Shown here: one piece after another, positions 39,758-49,459 of the stretch
Numbering within the stretch: position 1 is the first letter of the stretch
Layout: each line of letters opens with the position of its first letter
NCBI GenBank assembly: GCA_001793235.1
Contig: MGHM01000020.1
Coordinates: 33,677 to 97,676, forward strand
Origin: Candidatus Woesebacteria bacterium RIFCSPLOWO2_01_FULL_44_24b
GTDB lineage: Bacteria; Patescibacteriota; Microgenomatia; UBA8517
Direction: 5' to 3'
Length of the DNA stretch: 64,000 nt
Program-made: the position numbers and the translations under genes
The notes under the pieces: generated by a model
The model's database searches: none
What the model was told of the DNA's origin: nothing
Seen by the model: only the letters and a program-made list of their open reading frames with translations

Positions 39758-41709
39758 TTAAACTCCTTTAGCTTATCCAAATACATCTTAACAGTTGTTA
39801 CGTACTCCGCATGACTCCAGGTAAGGGGCGTGGCAGACAGCCCCAAGCCGGTATTTGGGTCCACTTGTTCAGGCAAAACCCCGGAAGTCCAAGCACGGGC
39901 GACAACCCACTCCAGAATTTCTTTAGCAGGTGCCAGATGCGCTTTTTCTCGGGCAGAGACAATATAATACTGGGCAAGCCAAAGCGACGTCACAATCCAC
40001 GGGTTACCTGGTGTTGATTTATCTGCTTGGCAATAAGTGTCCCCTTCAAACCTGGCAACTCCGCCGACACCACCTTTGCAAATAAGTTTAGCTCTAAATG
40101 TCTCAAGGGAACTTTTCATCATAGGATCATCCAGGGCAAGTACTCCAAACTTAAACATCGCATAAAAACTGCTGGCATCGACCGTTTCGTCATGGAGCTC
40201 ATGGCCCTCCTCAAAATCAACATATTTATAAAAATAATTACCCTGCTTGTTGTAAAGGTGTTTAATTATTGCGGCTTTGAGCTCCTCAGCGCCGCGCGCG
40301 TACCTTTCCTGATCTTTTTCCTTACCCAAGAGACCGGCAAACTTCGCCGCCGAGCTCAAGGCATCATAGACTGCGCCGGCCGTAAAGGTGTGAACTCCCC
40401 AAACACGCTCCCAGATATCATAAGTTGCACTTGGGAGCCCATTGGCGTTTCTGAAGCCAACCATAAACTCCGAGGCTTTCTTTATTAGGTTATTGTAAAT
40501 GTTTTCAATAAACTCAAGGTCGGAAGTGCCTTCATAATGCTTCCAAAGAGCGGAAATCACAAGCGCTGTTTCGTCCTCCTGAATCGGCAGCCTATGGTGC
40601 CCATCTGGAGTAATCCACCCATGCCACGAGCTCCCAAGAGATTTGTCCGGTCTATACTTGTGGAAAAAATAGCCATACTCAGTAATTGTAGCGTTACTAA
40701 ATTCAAAGAATTTTCTGGCGACTTCATGATACCCGGCCGCGTCCAGCGCAATTGCAGTTAAAGCCCCGTCACGATGCCAAATATAAGCATAGTTATCCTT
40801 GCCGTACTGAAGCATGTTGGAGTCTCCGGAGGCCAGTATCCCCCCGGTGTTATCTACATGGGTACGGATTATCAAAAGGGACTTTTGGAAAAGCTCGCGG
40901 ACTCCTTGTTCCAAGTCTCCAAAATCTTTCTCAGTTTTTCCAAGCCATGCGCGCCAAAAATCAATTGTCGACTCAGTAATATGCTCCGGGGACTTTTTAT
41001 CTACATAAAAATGAAGGTCCTTCACATCCGACAAGGTCTTGCCCATACATATCCAATAACTGACGGTGAACGTTTGCCCCGCATCGGCAGACTTTTCAAA
41101 CGCAACGGTCGAGTCACAGGTGCCGTGCTCGATGGCGTTCTTACTCAATATCCCGTCTTCCGCATCCTTCCAAGTCCCCTCGCGGCCTTCAATTCCAGAC
41201 AAGCCAACTGTATAGTCACTCATATAATTCCCGTCCACTCTCCCCCCGATGAGAGCCAGCCTGCGGCCTTTATAGTGCACAACTGTGTGGTCTTTGGGGT
41301 CATAATAAACAGTATCTTTGCCGTGCGTGCCGTACATTCTAAACTGGTGATTCAAAAAAAGCCTGATGTTTCGTTTGCTTTTAGCAAGATTTTTAATAGT
41401 AATGTTTCTTACCAAAATATTCTTCTCGTTATAAACAACGTCAAGGAAGGTTAATTTAAGGTTTAAATTTTGATTTATTGCCTCGATTTTACTGGCCAGG
41501 CTTTCGGGTTGATAGTCAATGGTAAGTTGCCACATAGGGTCATCGAGCCAAGAAAACATCCCCTCCACCCATATGCCAATTTTGCACTCAGCCTCTTCAG
41601 TCAGGTGATTCTCAAGCCCAACGTAGTCAAAATACAAATCTTTAATTTGGGCATGATTATCAAACCCAACAAGCATACTGCCATTGCCCAAGACTAGTGA
41701 TTTAGCCAT
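39754..41709 (-). CDS. Glycoside hydrolase family 15 (glucoamylase-like)
   Basis: YAYIWHRDG, QEDETA, DIWE, LPEQ..PLTWSHA. Confidence 0.92.
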   Translation of the reverse strand: MAKSLVLGNGSMLVGFDNHAQIKDLYFDYVGLENHLTEEAECKIGIWVEGMFSWLDDPMWQLTIDYQPESLASKIEAINQNLNLKLTFLDVVYNEKNILVRNITIKNLAKSKRNIRLFLNHQFRMYGTHGKDTVYYDPKDHTVVHYKGRRLALIGGRVDGNYMSDYTVGLSGIEGREGTWKDAEDGILSKNAIEHGTCDSTVAFEKSADAGQTFTVSYWICMGKTLSDVKDLHFYVDKKSPEHITESTIDFWRAWLGKTEKDFGDLEQGVRELFQKSLLIIRTHVDNTGGILASGDSNMLQYGKDNYAYIWHRDGALTAIALDAAGYHEVARKFFEFSNATITEYGYFFHKYRPDKSLGSSWHGWITPDGHHRLPIQEDETALVISALWKHYEGTSDLEFIENIYNNLIKKASEFMVGFRNANGLPSATYDIWERVWGVHTFTAGAVYDALSSAAKFAGLLGKEKDQERYARGAEELKAAIIKHLYNKQGNYFYKYVDFEEGHELHDETVDASSFYAMFKFGVLALDDPMMKSSLETFRAKLICKGGVGGVARFEGDTYCQADKSTPGNPWIVTSLWLAQYYIVSAREKAHLAPAKEILEWVVARAWTSGVLPEQVDPNTGLGLSATPLTWSHAEYVTTVKMYLDKLKEFK

Positions 41710-42904
41710 TTTTAGTCAGTCTAATTTCCATGTCCGCCAAGACGTTCATGTAGTAGCGGAATGCATCGTACGGTGAATCGTAGGGGTTAAAGTAAGCATG
41801 CACATCTCCATCGTTAAACCACTTAACACACATGTAGTAGAAGTGGTCCGATGTAGTGAGCCTCCGCCAATCTTCTTTTATTTTTCTGTTTTTGCTTTTT
41901 TGGACCCTGTCTTCAAGGGCATACAACTTTTTCATTGCGTCCTCCTGCATGGAGTTACTAAGCCATGCAGACAAATCCCGCTCCACGTCCGCCCAGGAAA
42001 CGTAATTTGGCGCATCAATTGCTCCCACCGGTTTATAGCGCTTCACCGCCTCGCTTGGAGTCACAAAATCATTGTCCGGGTGTTTCAAGAGCTCCCCTGG
42101 AAGGGCTCTGAGGAAATTAAATATCCCCGTGTCCTCCCACTGGTGCTCACCGAAAGTTTCATAATCCATAAAAAGGTTTATAACCTCGCCGTTACCGTTT
42201 ATAGCATTTGCCCAAGAAGCGAACTTTTCGGAAGTCAAAGGATATTCTTTCCAGGTTTTTTCCGAGAATCTGAAGGCGATATCATCACTTAACTTATAAT
42301 TTTTAAGCAAGATTTTAATTTTTTTTACTCCTACCGGTGAGTAAACAAAATTCGGGCTGCGCCAGCCCAGGATATGGTCTGCCCCCTCTGCGAGTATCCC
42401 TTTGTAGCCCATCTTCTCAACCTCTACAGCTAAATCATTATTGTAAATTAGCTCGGTGTTTCTAAATACTTCAGGTTTATTCACTCCGAATACTGCCTTA
42501 AGTTTTTTGGCATGAAGTTCAATCTGGCTTTTAAACTCATCTTTTGAATGAAGAAAAGAAAGCGAGTGATAATAAGTTTCGCTTAAAACCTCAACCCGGC
42601 CGGTGTCCACAAGGCGCTGAAAAGACTCCAGGGTTTCCGGAGAAAACCTTTCAAATTGCTCAATGGCAAGGCCCGAAAGCGAAAAGCTAACCTTAAATTC
42701 GGGATGCAATTTTATAAGCTCCAGTAGAAGTTTATTTGTGGGCAAATAACTTTTGCCGGCAACTTTATGAATAATTCTTTTGTTGTTTAAATTGCTCTCA
42801 CTGTCATCGTCAAAATACGCCGACTTTGTACCTATATCAAAATAGCGATATTTTTTAATTCTCAAGGGCTGATGAACCTGGAAGTAGAAACATATTGAAC
42901 TCAT
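41702..42904 (-). CDS. Glycoside hydrolase family 57 (alpha-amylase-like)
   Basis: HQP, RNTELIY, DYETFGEH, SWAD. Confidence 0.93.
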   Translation of the reverse strand: MSSICFYFQVHQPLRIKKYRYFDIGTKSAYFDDDSESNLNNKRIIHKVAGKSYLPTNKLLLELIKLHPEFKVSFSLSGLAIEQFERFSPETLESFQRLVDTGRVEVLSETYYHSLSFLHSKDEFKSQIELHAKKLKAVFGVNKPEVFRNTELIYNNDLAVEVEKMGYKGILAEGADHILGWRSPNFVYSPVGVKKIKILLKNYKLSDDIAFRFSEKTWKEYPLTSEKFASWANAINGNGEVINLFMDYETFGEHQWEDTGIFNFLRALPGELLKHPDNDFVTPSEAVKRYKPVGAIDAPNYVSWADVERDLSAWLSNSMQEDAMKKLYALEDRVQKSKNRKIKEDWRRLTTSDHFYYMCVKWFNDGDVHAYFNPYDSPYDAFRYYMNVLADMEIRLTKNG

Positions 42905-44097
42905 AGTAATGAATTATAAATTCCAATACACTTGTTGGCTGCTGCCTCCCAATTACAAACCGAGGCATCACGCGCGCCGTTTACTGCCAACTCATCGTGC
43001 AAGCTTTTATATTTAATAACCGAGAGAATTTTATCTGCCATATCCTCAACATCCCAGAAGTCCGTTTTTAAGGCGTTTTTCAAGACCTCCGAAACACCGG
43101 AGGTCTTTGAAATTAAAACCGGCGTGCCATGAAGTAAGGATTCCAATGGCACCATACCAAAGGGTTCCGCAACCGAGGGCATTACAAAAAGATCGGCAGA
43201 AGCATATGCGGCCGAGAGCTCACTTCCGCGCAAAAACCCAGGGAAAAGCACTTTGTTGGAAATCCCCAGCTCTGCCGCTTGCCTCATGATTTGCCCTTCC
43301 ATGTCGCCCGCGCCCGCTATTACAAATATAACTTTGGGGTCGTAGGTCAGAACTTTCTTGGCAGCGTAAAGTAGGTAATCTGCACCTTTCATAATCGTGA
43401 TTCGCCCTACAAACAGAACAATTTTATAACCCAGCTTCTTAAGCTCCTCGATGCCGCTCACTCCTCCGCTATACTTATTCACACTAATGCCATTGTGCAC
43501 TACTTCGATTTTACCCGGATCAATGCCGTACTCATTCACCAGAACCTGTTTTGTAAAGCCGCTTACCGAAACTACCTTGTCGGCCGCAAGCACCCCTTCC
43601 CGCTCGCGCTCAAAAATATAGCGATTTGGCTTTCCGGCTGTTCTATCCACCTCGGTAGCATGGACATGAGCAACAAAGGGTGTGTGTTTTGCGGCACTTG
43701 CTGCAATGCCCGCGCCAAAGCTCAGCCAATCATGGGCGTGCACCACATCAAAACTCTCACTTTCGGCTATGCGCTTGGCAAGGAGGGCGTAGCGCTTTAC
43801 TTCTTCAAAAAGGGTCGAGCAGTATTGACCGCCGGGCTCAACACCATTTGCGAGTAGCTTGTATTTTTCGGACGTAATATAGGGAACCAATAATGAGTTA
43901 ATTTCGGTGATACTCAGGTTCCCGATATTGGCAAAGCGAAACCGAAAAGGCTCGGCAAAATCCCCAAGACGCTTGGGAAGAACAAAGACAAGCTCGATAT
44001 TTTGAGCCACAAGAGCCTTGGCCAACCCTTGGCAGGCCACTCCTAAACCACCACTATTATAGGGAGGGTACTCCCATCCAAACATCAAGACTTTCAT
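42901..44097 (-). CDS. GT4 glycosyltransferase (glycogen-synthase-like)
   Basis: WEYPP..SGGLG, HAHDW, EPFGMVPLES. Confidence 0.9.
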   Translation of the reverse strand: MKVLMFGWEYPPYNSGGLGVACQGLAKALVAQNIELVFVLPKRLGDFAEPFRFRFANIGNLSITEINSLLVPYITSEKYKLLANGVEPGGQYCSTLFEEVKRYALLAKRIAESESFDVVHAHDWLSFGAGIAASAAKHTPFVAHVHATEVDRTAGKPNRYIFEREREGVLAADKVVSVSGFTKQVLVNEYGIDPGKIEVVHNGISVNKYSGGVSGIEELKKLGYKIVLFVGRITIMKGADYLLYAAKKVLTYDPKVIFVIAGAGDMEGQIMRQAAELGISNKVLFPGFLRGSELSAAYASADLFVMPSVAEPFGMVPLESLLHGTPVLISKTSGVSEVLKNALKTDFWDVEDMADKILSVIKYKSLHDELAVNGARDASVCNWEAAANKCIGIYNSLL

Positions 44098-44119
44098 ATA
44101 TTGTATTCACATCAAAAAA

Positions 44120-44653
44120 CTAGAGTAGAAATCCATAAAGAATTAATACTAGCCCCGCGGCAGCCCAATAAAAAACAGTTTTATCGCGAGTGAGTGTCAC
44201 ACTCACATTTCTCAACCAATGGGTAATGTTGCCCAAATCGCGAAAATCAAGATATTGGTCTATAAGTAAATGCAGTAAGAAGGCAAGCACAAGTCCCCTG
44301 CCAAATAAATTACTCGATGAGCTCAAAACAAAAAATGCAAAGACATAAAAAACAAGCTGAAACATTGCGGTGTGGAAGATAAGGCTGGTCCGCTCTGAGC
44401 GGGTGTTTGCTAGTAAGCTCATAGTCTCGAGAACCTTGCCCTGTGACAGCATCCGCGATGCCCGCTGGGAAGTTAATTCATGGGGGCGAAGAAAATAAAC
44501 ATAAATCAGGTGATCAACATCCGGCAAGATTGCGCCAATTGCTCCCCCTACCCAGAAGGCCAGGAAGTCAATTGCGAACCATCTTCGTGCAAGTGAAATC
44601 AGAAGGAAAAACAGTAAGAAGGAAACATAATAAATGAGCAGTTGTTTTTTCAT
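44120..44653 (-). CDS. Membrane protein, YdjM-like metal-dependent hydrolase
   Basis: LPDVDH, FH and HLLID motifs; several TM helices. Confidence 0.65.
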   Translation of the reverse strand: MKKQLLIYYVSFLLFFLLISLARRWFAIDFLAFWVGGAIGAILPDVDHLIYVYFLRPHELTSQRASRMLSQGKVLETMSLLANTRSERTSLIFHTAMFQLVFYVFAFFVLSSSSNLFGRGLVLAFLLHLLIDQYLDFRDLGNITHWLRNVSVTLTRDKTVFYWAAAGLVLILYGFLL

Positions 44654-44752
44654 GCTTGTACACACCCAGCCATTAACCCATATTAGCGCAAATAATTGGC
44701 AGTGACAATTATGAAGATTGAGTAATTTGCTTTGACGTTATAAAATGACCGC

Positions 44753-45049
44753 ATGCTAGAGCATGAAGGCGGGCCGCCGGAACATCAAAAGTTATTACCA
44801 TTGCGAGGCGCAATGCATCTGGTAGCGTCCACGGCATATGATACTTGGGTATGTGCTCAGGCAGTTTTCGCTCCAAAAGGAAAGTTGTTAAGGCCTGATG
44901 GATTTAATTATTATGAGGCCGAAATATTAGCTGAGGGTAAAGTTGTCAGGTATGGAGGGACGTTGGGCATTTTAGACAAAGGCAATCTTTTTCATATTGG
45001 CAATCACTTAACAGGAGACTTTGTCTTACCGGACAGGAAACCAAAATAG
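44753..45049 (+). CDS. Hypothetical protein
   Basis: 98-aa ORF with a -10-like box upstream. Confidence 0.45.
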   Translation: MLEHEGGPPEHQKLLPLRGAMHLVASTAYDTWVCAQAVFAPKGKLLRPDGFNYYEAEILAEGKVVRYGGTLGILDKGNLFHIGNHLTGDFVLPDRKPK

Positions 45050-45115
45050 GAATCGTTTTGCTCATTTCTTAGATTCATTCTTCAGTTGTTTCAATTTCCA
45101 CATAAGAGTTCTCGG

Positions 45116-45421
45116 CTATCGCCTGCGCTCCTCTTGTGTGTCCGCTTTCTGGGCTTTCAGCTGAGAAAGCTTCCACATAAATAGTTTTCCTTTGGAGCGG
45201 ACACCCGGGGCATCACTTACAAAACTGCGAGCAGCCTCTAGGAACCCTCTTGGAGTAGTCTTGGCAAGCTTTATATAAAGCGACTTGTTTTTTTCATCTC
45301 CAAGCTCAACCGCTAAGTCATAGCCATACTTTTGAAATTCACGGCTAATAAATTTATCTTTATCAAAATTTTTTAGCCCGGAGGGCCAAGCTTTGCTTAT
45401 AATGTCGCCAATTTTTTGCAT
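45116..45421 (-). CDS. Hypothetical protein
   Basis: Overlaps the pth 3' end; SLYIKLAK...LFMWK. Confidence 0.7.
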   Translation of the reverse strand: MQKIGDIISKAWPSGLKNFDKDKFISREFQKYGYDLAVELGDEKNKSLYIKLAKTTPRGFLEAARSFVSDAPGVRSKGKLFMWKLSQLKAQKADTQEERRR

Positions 45422-45912
45422 GTTTCATCCAAAACTTTATCTAATATCTCCTTTTCCTCAGATGTAAAATCTTGTAGCACATACTGCTCTCCTGGAGTTC
45501 GATTGTTTGAATCACGATTATCAACTCCAACCCGCACCCGCCAGAAGTCATCGGTTCCAAGAGCCTTCTCGATAGAATTTATACCCTTGTGAACCTTGGG
45601 GCCCTTGCCTTTTTGAATTTTATACTCGCCAAGTTTGATGTCTAAGTCATCGTGAACGATATATAAATCAGTAGAAAGTAGCATGTAGTATGTAGCAAGG
45701 GATTTCACAGACCCCCCGGAATTGTTCATCATAGTTAAAGGCTTTGAAAGAATTAGCTTATCTTTCTGTGCAATTTCCGAGTGGAGCTTTTTGGAAATTG
45801 AAAATTGTAAATTGTAAATTGCTGCCAGCTTGTCTAGCAAAATAAAGCCCACGTTATGCCTTGTGTTTTTATATTTATCACCAACATTACCAAGCCCGAC
45901 TACTACCTTCAT
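45397..45912 (-). CDS. pth: Peptidyl-tRNA hydrolase
   Basis: GLGN..Y.NTRHNVGF, MNNSG, VHDDLD. Confidence 0.95.
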   Translation of the reverse strand: MKVVVGLGNVGDKYKNTRHNVGFILLDKLAAIYNLQFSISKKLHSEIAQKDKLILSKPLTMMNNSGGSVKSLATYYMLLSTDLYIVHDDLDIKLGEYKIQKGKGPKVHKGINSIEKALGTDDFWRVRVGVDNRDSNNRTPGEQYVLQDFTSEEKEILDKVLDETCKKLATL

Positions 45913-45930
45913 CAGCCAATTGTAGCATGA

Positions 45931-46251
45931 TTACTTCAGAAGCTTGTCGGTGTATTTACTAACGTAAGGCACTTTCCAGCGCTCTCCCTGCAAAGCTTTA
46001 TATATCAAAACAAGCCAGAGAATAAACCCAACCAAAGTAGTCAATGGTATAAACACGGCAAAGACCGCGGTTACCCCAAGTAGCCACTGAATTAATGCCA
46101 AGCCACCAAGAACTACTATTGACTGCATTGCATGGAAGCGAACATAGTCATTTTTTTCCAACAAAAGCATAACAATGCCCGTGATTGGCCCCACAACATA
46201 TGAAAGCGCAGCTGCCGTTTCTTTTTTAAGCCCTGTTCCAGTTTCTGCCAT
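45931..46251 (-). CDS. DUF4870-like membrane protein
   Basis: AALSY...VRFHAMQS; Shine-Dalgarno-like GGGGGTGA before the ATG at 46251. Confidence 0.8.
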   Translation of the reverse strand: MAETGTGLKKETAAALSYVVGPITGIVMLLLEKNDYVRFHAMQSIVVLGGLALIQWLLGVTAVFAVFIPLTTLVGFILWLVLIYKALQGERWKVPYVSKYTDKLLK

Positions 46252-46282
46252 CAAAATCACCCCCTTATTAAGGATTCTACCA

Positions 46283-48748
46283 TTATTCATGTATCCTTCT
46301 AAATATCAATTTTGAGATCTCCACCAATATAAACATTACGGCACTCGCAAGGAAAACTTCAGCCCAAAGGTCCAAGCCTATCGGAACAATCTCAAAAAAC
46401 GCTCCAAGCTGGGGAATAACAAACGGAGCGAGTTGCAGTACCCCTCCTCCGAAAACCGCTACTAAGAGCCACTTGTTATCGAAAAACCCTTCCTTCCAAA
46501 ACGGGAGCGTCAATGTCCGCACAGAAAAAACGTAGATGAGCGAGTTCACTCCGAGGGTTGCAAACGCAACCGACCGTGCCAATTCTATATCCCCAAATCG
46601 CAAATAATTACTTACAAATATTACAAGTGCCATTATCCCGCCGGCAAGCGAAATCATAAAAATGAGCCATTTCATCCATCTGTTTACCAATTTCTCACCA
46701 GGCGAGCGGGGGGGCTCATTCATAATCCCACTCCTCTTGGGGTCAACAGTGAGGGCGAGATTGGGAAAGCCGTCTGATATGAGATTAATCCAGAGAACCT
46801 GCGCCGCAGTTACCGGCAGAGGAAGACCGGGAATCAATATTATGCCCAAGATAATGGCGCCGATGACGGTAAATATCTCCTCAAAGGCATCACTCATAAG
46901 GTATAAAATTACTTTCCTGATGTTTTCAAATATGCCCCTTCCCTCCTCGATTGATGCGACGATTGTTGCAAAACTTGAGTCCAAAAGTACCAAGTCGGAA
47001 GATTCTTTTGATACATCACTTGCGCCCGCAACCACTATTCCTATGTCTGCTCTGGACAAGGCTGGCGCATCATTCACGCCGTCTCCTGTCATTGCCACAA
47101 CCTCCCCGTTAAGCTTTAGCGCTTCAACTATTTTTAACTTCTGCTCAGGAGTGGTGCGTGCAAACAATATAGCTGTTTTTGAGCTTAGAAGTTTGGATAA
47201 CTCGTCCGGACTCATCCTTAATAATTGCTTACCCAAAATCACGGAATCTTGATTAACCTCTACATTTAGCTGCTTTAAAACTGAAAGCGCCGTATCTGGG
47301 TAATCTCCGGTTATGACTATCAGGCGTATGCCGGCGGCACGAGTTTGCGAAAGCGCCTCGGCGACACCCTCGCGCACTGGATCATTAAAAGCCAGAAGCC
47401 CAACCCACTCAAGCTTGCCGTTCACTACATCTTCTTGCGAAAGCTTAGTAACTTCGCCCTGCACTCGTCTGCGCGCATAACCCACCAGTCTCATCCCGTC
47501 TTTGGTAAGTAGCTCAATCTCCTTATTTATTTCGCTCTTTTTCTCACTTGAGAGTGTGCTCCACTCCACCAAAAACTCTGGAGCGCCGTTAACATAAATA
47601 ATGTTTTCCCGCCCCTCTTTATGGAGTGTTGCCAAAAAGCGGTCTTTCGAGGAAAACGGTAAGTCATCAATCCGTGGAGCCTCGGCAAGAATAGCCTTTT
47701 CATCCGCGGTTGCCAAAATCTTTTTGGACCATTCATACGCGGCAATTACGATGGGGTCGTCCTGATCGTTTGTCAAATAAACCTGCCGAGCCAAAACAGG
47801 GTCTTCGCCATAGCTTTTAACAACGCGCATGACTCCCTCGGTCAAAGTCCCGGTTTTATCTGCACATATCGTAGTTACCCCACCCAACGTCTCCGCAGAT
47901 ATTAAATTACGAACCAAACCTTTTCTTTTTAAGATCCTCTGCATGCCTATTGCCAAAACCACGGTCAGGGCTACTAATAATCCTTCCGGAATGGCCGAAA
48001 CTGCAAGTGCCACGGAAGTCAGAAACACCTCAACCAGTTCTTTGCCGGCCAGAAGGCCAATTACAAAAACAGTAACAATGAGAAATATCGTCAAATACGT
48101 CAACTGCTGGCCAAAGTGGGCAAGCTGACGCCTCAGGGGCGTGTCCACCGAGACCCCTTGTACTCCTAATGCAATTTTGCCCATCTCCGTGTTGGCACCA
48201 GTAAGCACAACCTTCATATAAGCGCGGCCCGCTGTGACCACTGTGCCCATAAATACGGGGTCTTTACTTTTTTTCTCAACTGCTACCGACTCGCCGGTCA
48301 ATACTGCCTCGGATACGTAAAAGTGGCTAGCGTCAAGTATTTCACCATCGCCGGGAATTTTATCTCCACTGTTTACAACCACGGTGTCGCCCGGCACGAC
48401 TTCTTCGATGTTTACCTGAATTCTCTTGCCGTCCCTGATTACATTTGCATGGGGGTGAATCATGCTTTTTAAAGCCTGAAGAGCTCGGCTTGCCCGCTCC
48501 TCCTGAATGTAGCCCAGAATAGTATTCAAAATTACGGCAAAGCCAATGACAATTGTGTCCGGAATTTCGCCCAAAAGAAGAGTGACTATGCCAGCTGCCA
48601 ACAGAATATAAACAAGCGGGCTTTTAAACTGGGACAAAAATATCTCAAGCCTTGTTGGAGGAGGAGTTTCCGGGAGTTCATTGCGGCCGTTTTTTGCAAG
48701 AAGCTCACGAGCCTCTGTTGAAGTCAAACCACTGAAATTCTTACCCAT
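46283..48748 (-). CDS. Cation-transporting P-type ATPase (type II)
   Basis: TGES, PEGL, DKTGTLT, TGDGVND. Confidence 0.95.
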   Translation of the reverse strand: MGKNFSGLTSTEARELLAKNGRNELPETPPPTRLEIFLSQFKSPLVYILLAAGIVTLLLGEIPDTIVIGFAVILNTILGYIQEERASRALQALKSMIHPHANVIRDGKRIQVNIEEVVPGDTVVVNSGDKIPGDGEILDASHFYVSEAVLTGESVAVEKKSKDPVFMGTVVTAGRAYMKVVLTGANTEMGKIALGVQGVSVDTPLRRQLAHFGQQLTYLTIFLIVTVFVIGLLAGKELVEVFLTSVALAVSAIPEGLLVALTVVLAIGMQRILKRKGLVRNLISAETLGGVTTICADKTGTLTEGVMRVVKSYGEDPVLARQVYLTNDQDDPIVIAAYEWSKKILATADEKAILAEAPRIDDLPFSSKDRFLATLHKEGRENIIYVNGAPEFLVEWSTLSSEKKSEINKEIELLTKDGMRLVGYARRRVQGEVTKLSQEDVVNGKLEWVGLLAFNDPVREGVAEALSQTRAAGIRLIVITGDYPDTALSVLKQLNVEVNQDSVILGKQLLRMSPDELSKLLSSKTAILFARTTPEQKLKIVEALKLNGEVVAMTGDGVNDAPALSRADIGIVVAGASDVSKESSDLVLLDSSFATIVASIEEGRGIFENIRKVILYLMSDAFEEIFTVIGAIILGIILIPGLPLPVTAAQVLWINLISDGFPNLALTVDPKRSGIMNEPPRSPGEKLVNRWMKWLIFMISLAGGIMALVIFVSNYLRFGDIELARSVAFATLGVNSLIYVFSVRTLTLPFWKEGFFDNKWLLVAVFGGGVLQLAPFVIPQLGAFFEIVPIGLDLWAEVFLASAVMFILVEISKLIFRRIHE

Positions 48749-48766
48749 GCTTCATGCTAACACAAT

Positions 48767-49159
48767 TTATCTCCCTTGAAGCTGGTATAACTTCAATCCT
48801 TTTACTTTTCTAAAATGCTTTTCGTTCTGAGTTGCTACTTCTGCACCAAGCTCTAATGCAGATGCGGCAACAATTGCGTCAAATCCACGTATTTGCTTTT
48901 GCCTAATTATCTCACCTGTTTTTTTTGCAATCTTTTCATCCAACTCAACTCTTTTTATTTTACTAAGCATCCTTACAGTTTCGTCAACAATCGTTTTTTT
49001 ACTCATACTACTTCCTGCCCACAATTCAAAAATCACTACTGTTGGGACATACAATTCACAAATTCCGTCTCTGAATAACTCAAAAAGTTGAGGGTACAGG
49101 CCTGTCTTTGCCCGAGCGAAATCTATAAAGACCGAAGTATCTATAACTATCTTTCTCAT
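48767..49159 (-). CDS. PIN-domain toxin
   Basis: IDTSVFID, E, FDAIVA, TQNEKHF. Confidence 0.88.
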   Translation of the reverse strand: MRKIVIDTSVFIDFARAKTGLYPQLFELFRDGICELYVPTVVIFELWAGSSMSKKTIVDETVRMLSKIKRVELDEKIAKKTGEIIRQKQIRGFDAIVAASALELGAEVATQNEKHFRKVKGLKLYQLQGR

Positions 49160-49428
49160 CTTTTAGAAGCTTGTTCCAATCTTTTGTTTATGTCTTCTCT
49201 AAACCTTTTCATATCCTTCAAGTCTTTATCTGTCAAGAAAGGTTTCATATTTTTAATCCACTTCATATGCTTATCCCAATCAAATTCAGGTTCATCTTTG
49301 TGAACCAAATTGACAAGAACTATCCCTTTTCTACCGTCTGTCACAGAAATGGCAACTTTTTTCTTAAGAAGATCAAGATAATAAGAGAGGTTATCCCTGA
49401 ATTCAGAAACCGTCACTGTTCTTGTCAT
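49156..49428 (-). CDS. Phd/YefM-like antitoxin
   Basis: TVTVSEFRDNLS; palindrome GTACGTGACGTAC at 49441-49453. Confidence 0.8.
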   Translation of the reverse strand: MTRTVTVSEFRDNLSYYLDLLKKKVAISVTDGRKGIVLVNLVHKDEPEFDWDKHMKWIKNMKPFLTDKDLKDMKRFREDINKRLEQASKR

Positions 49429-49459
49429 ACCTCCATATTAGTACGTGACGTACAGGATG

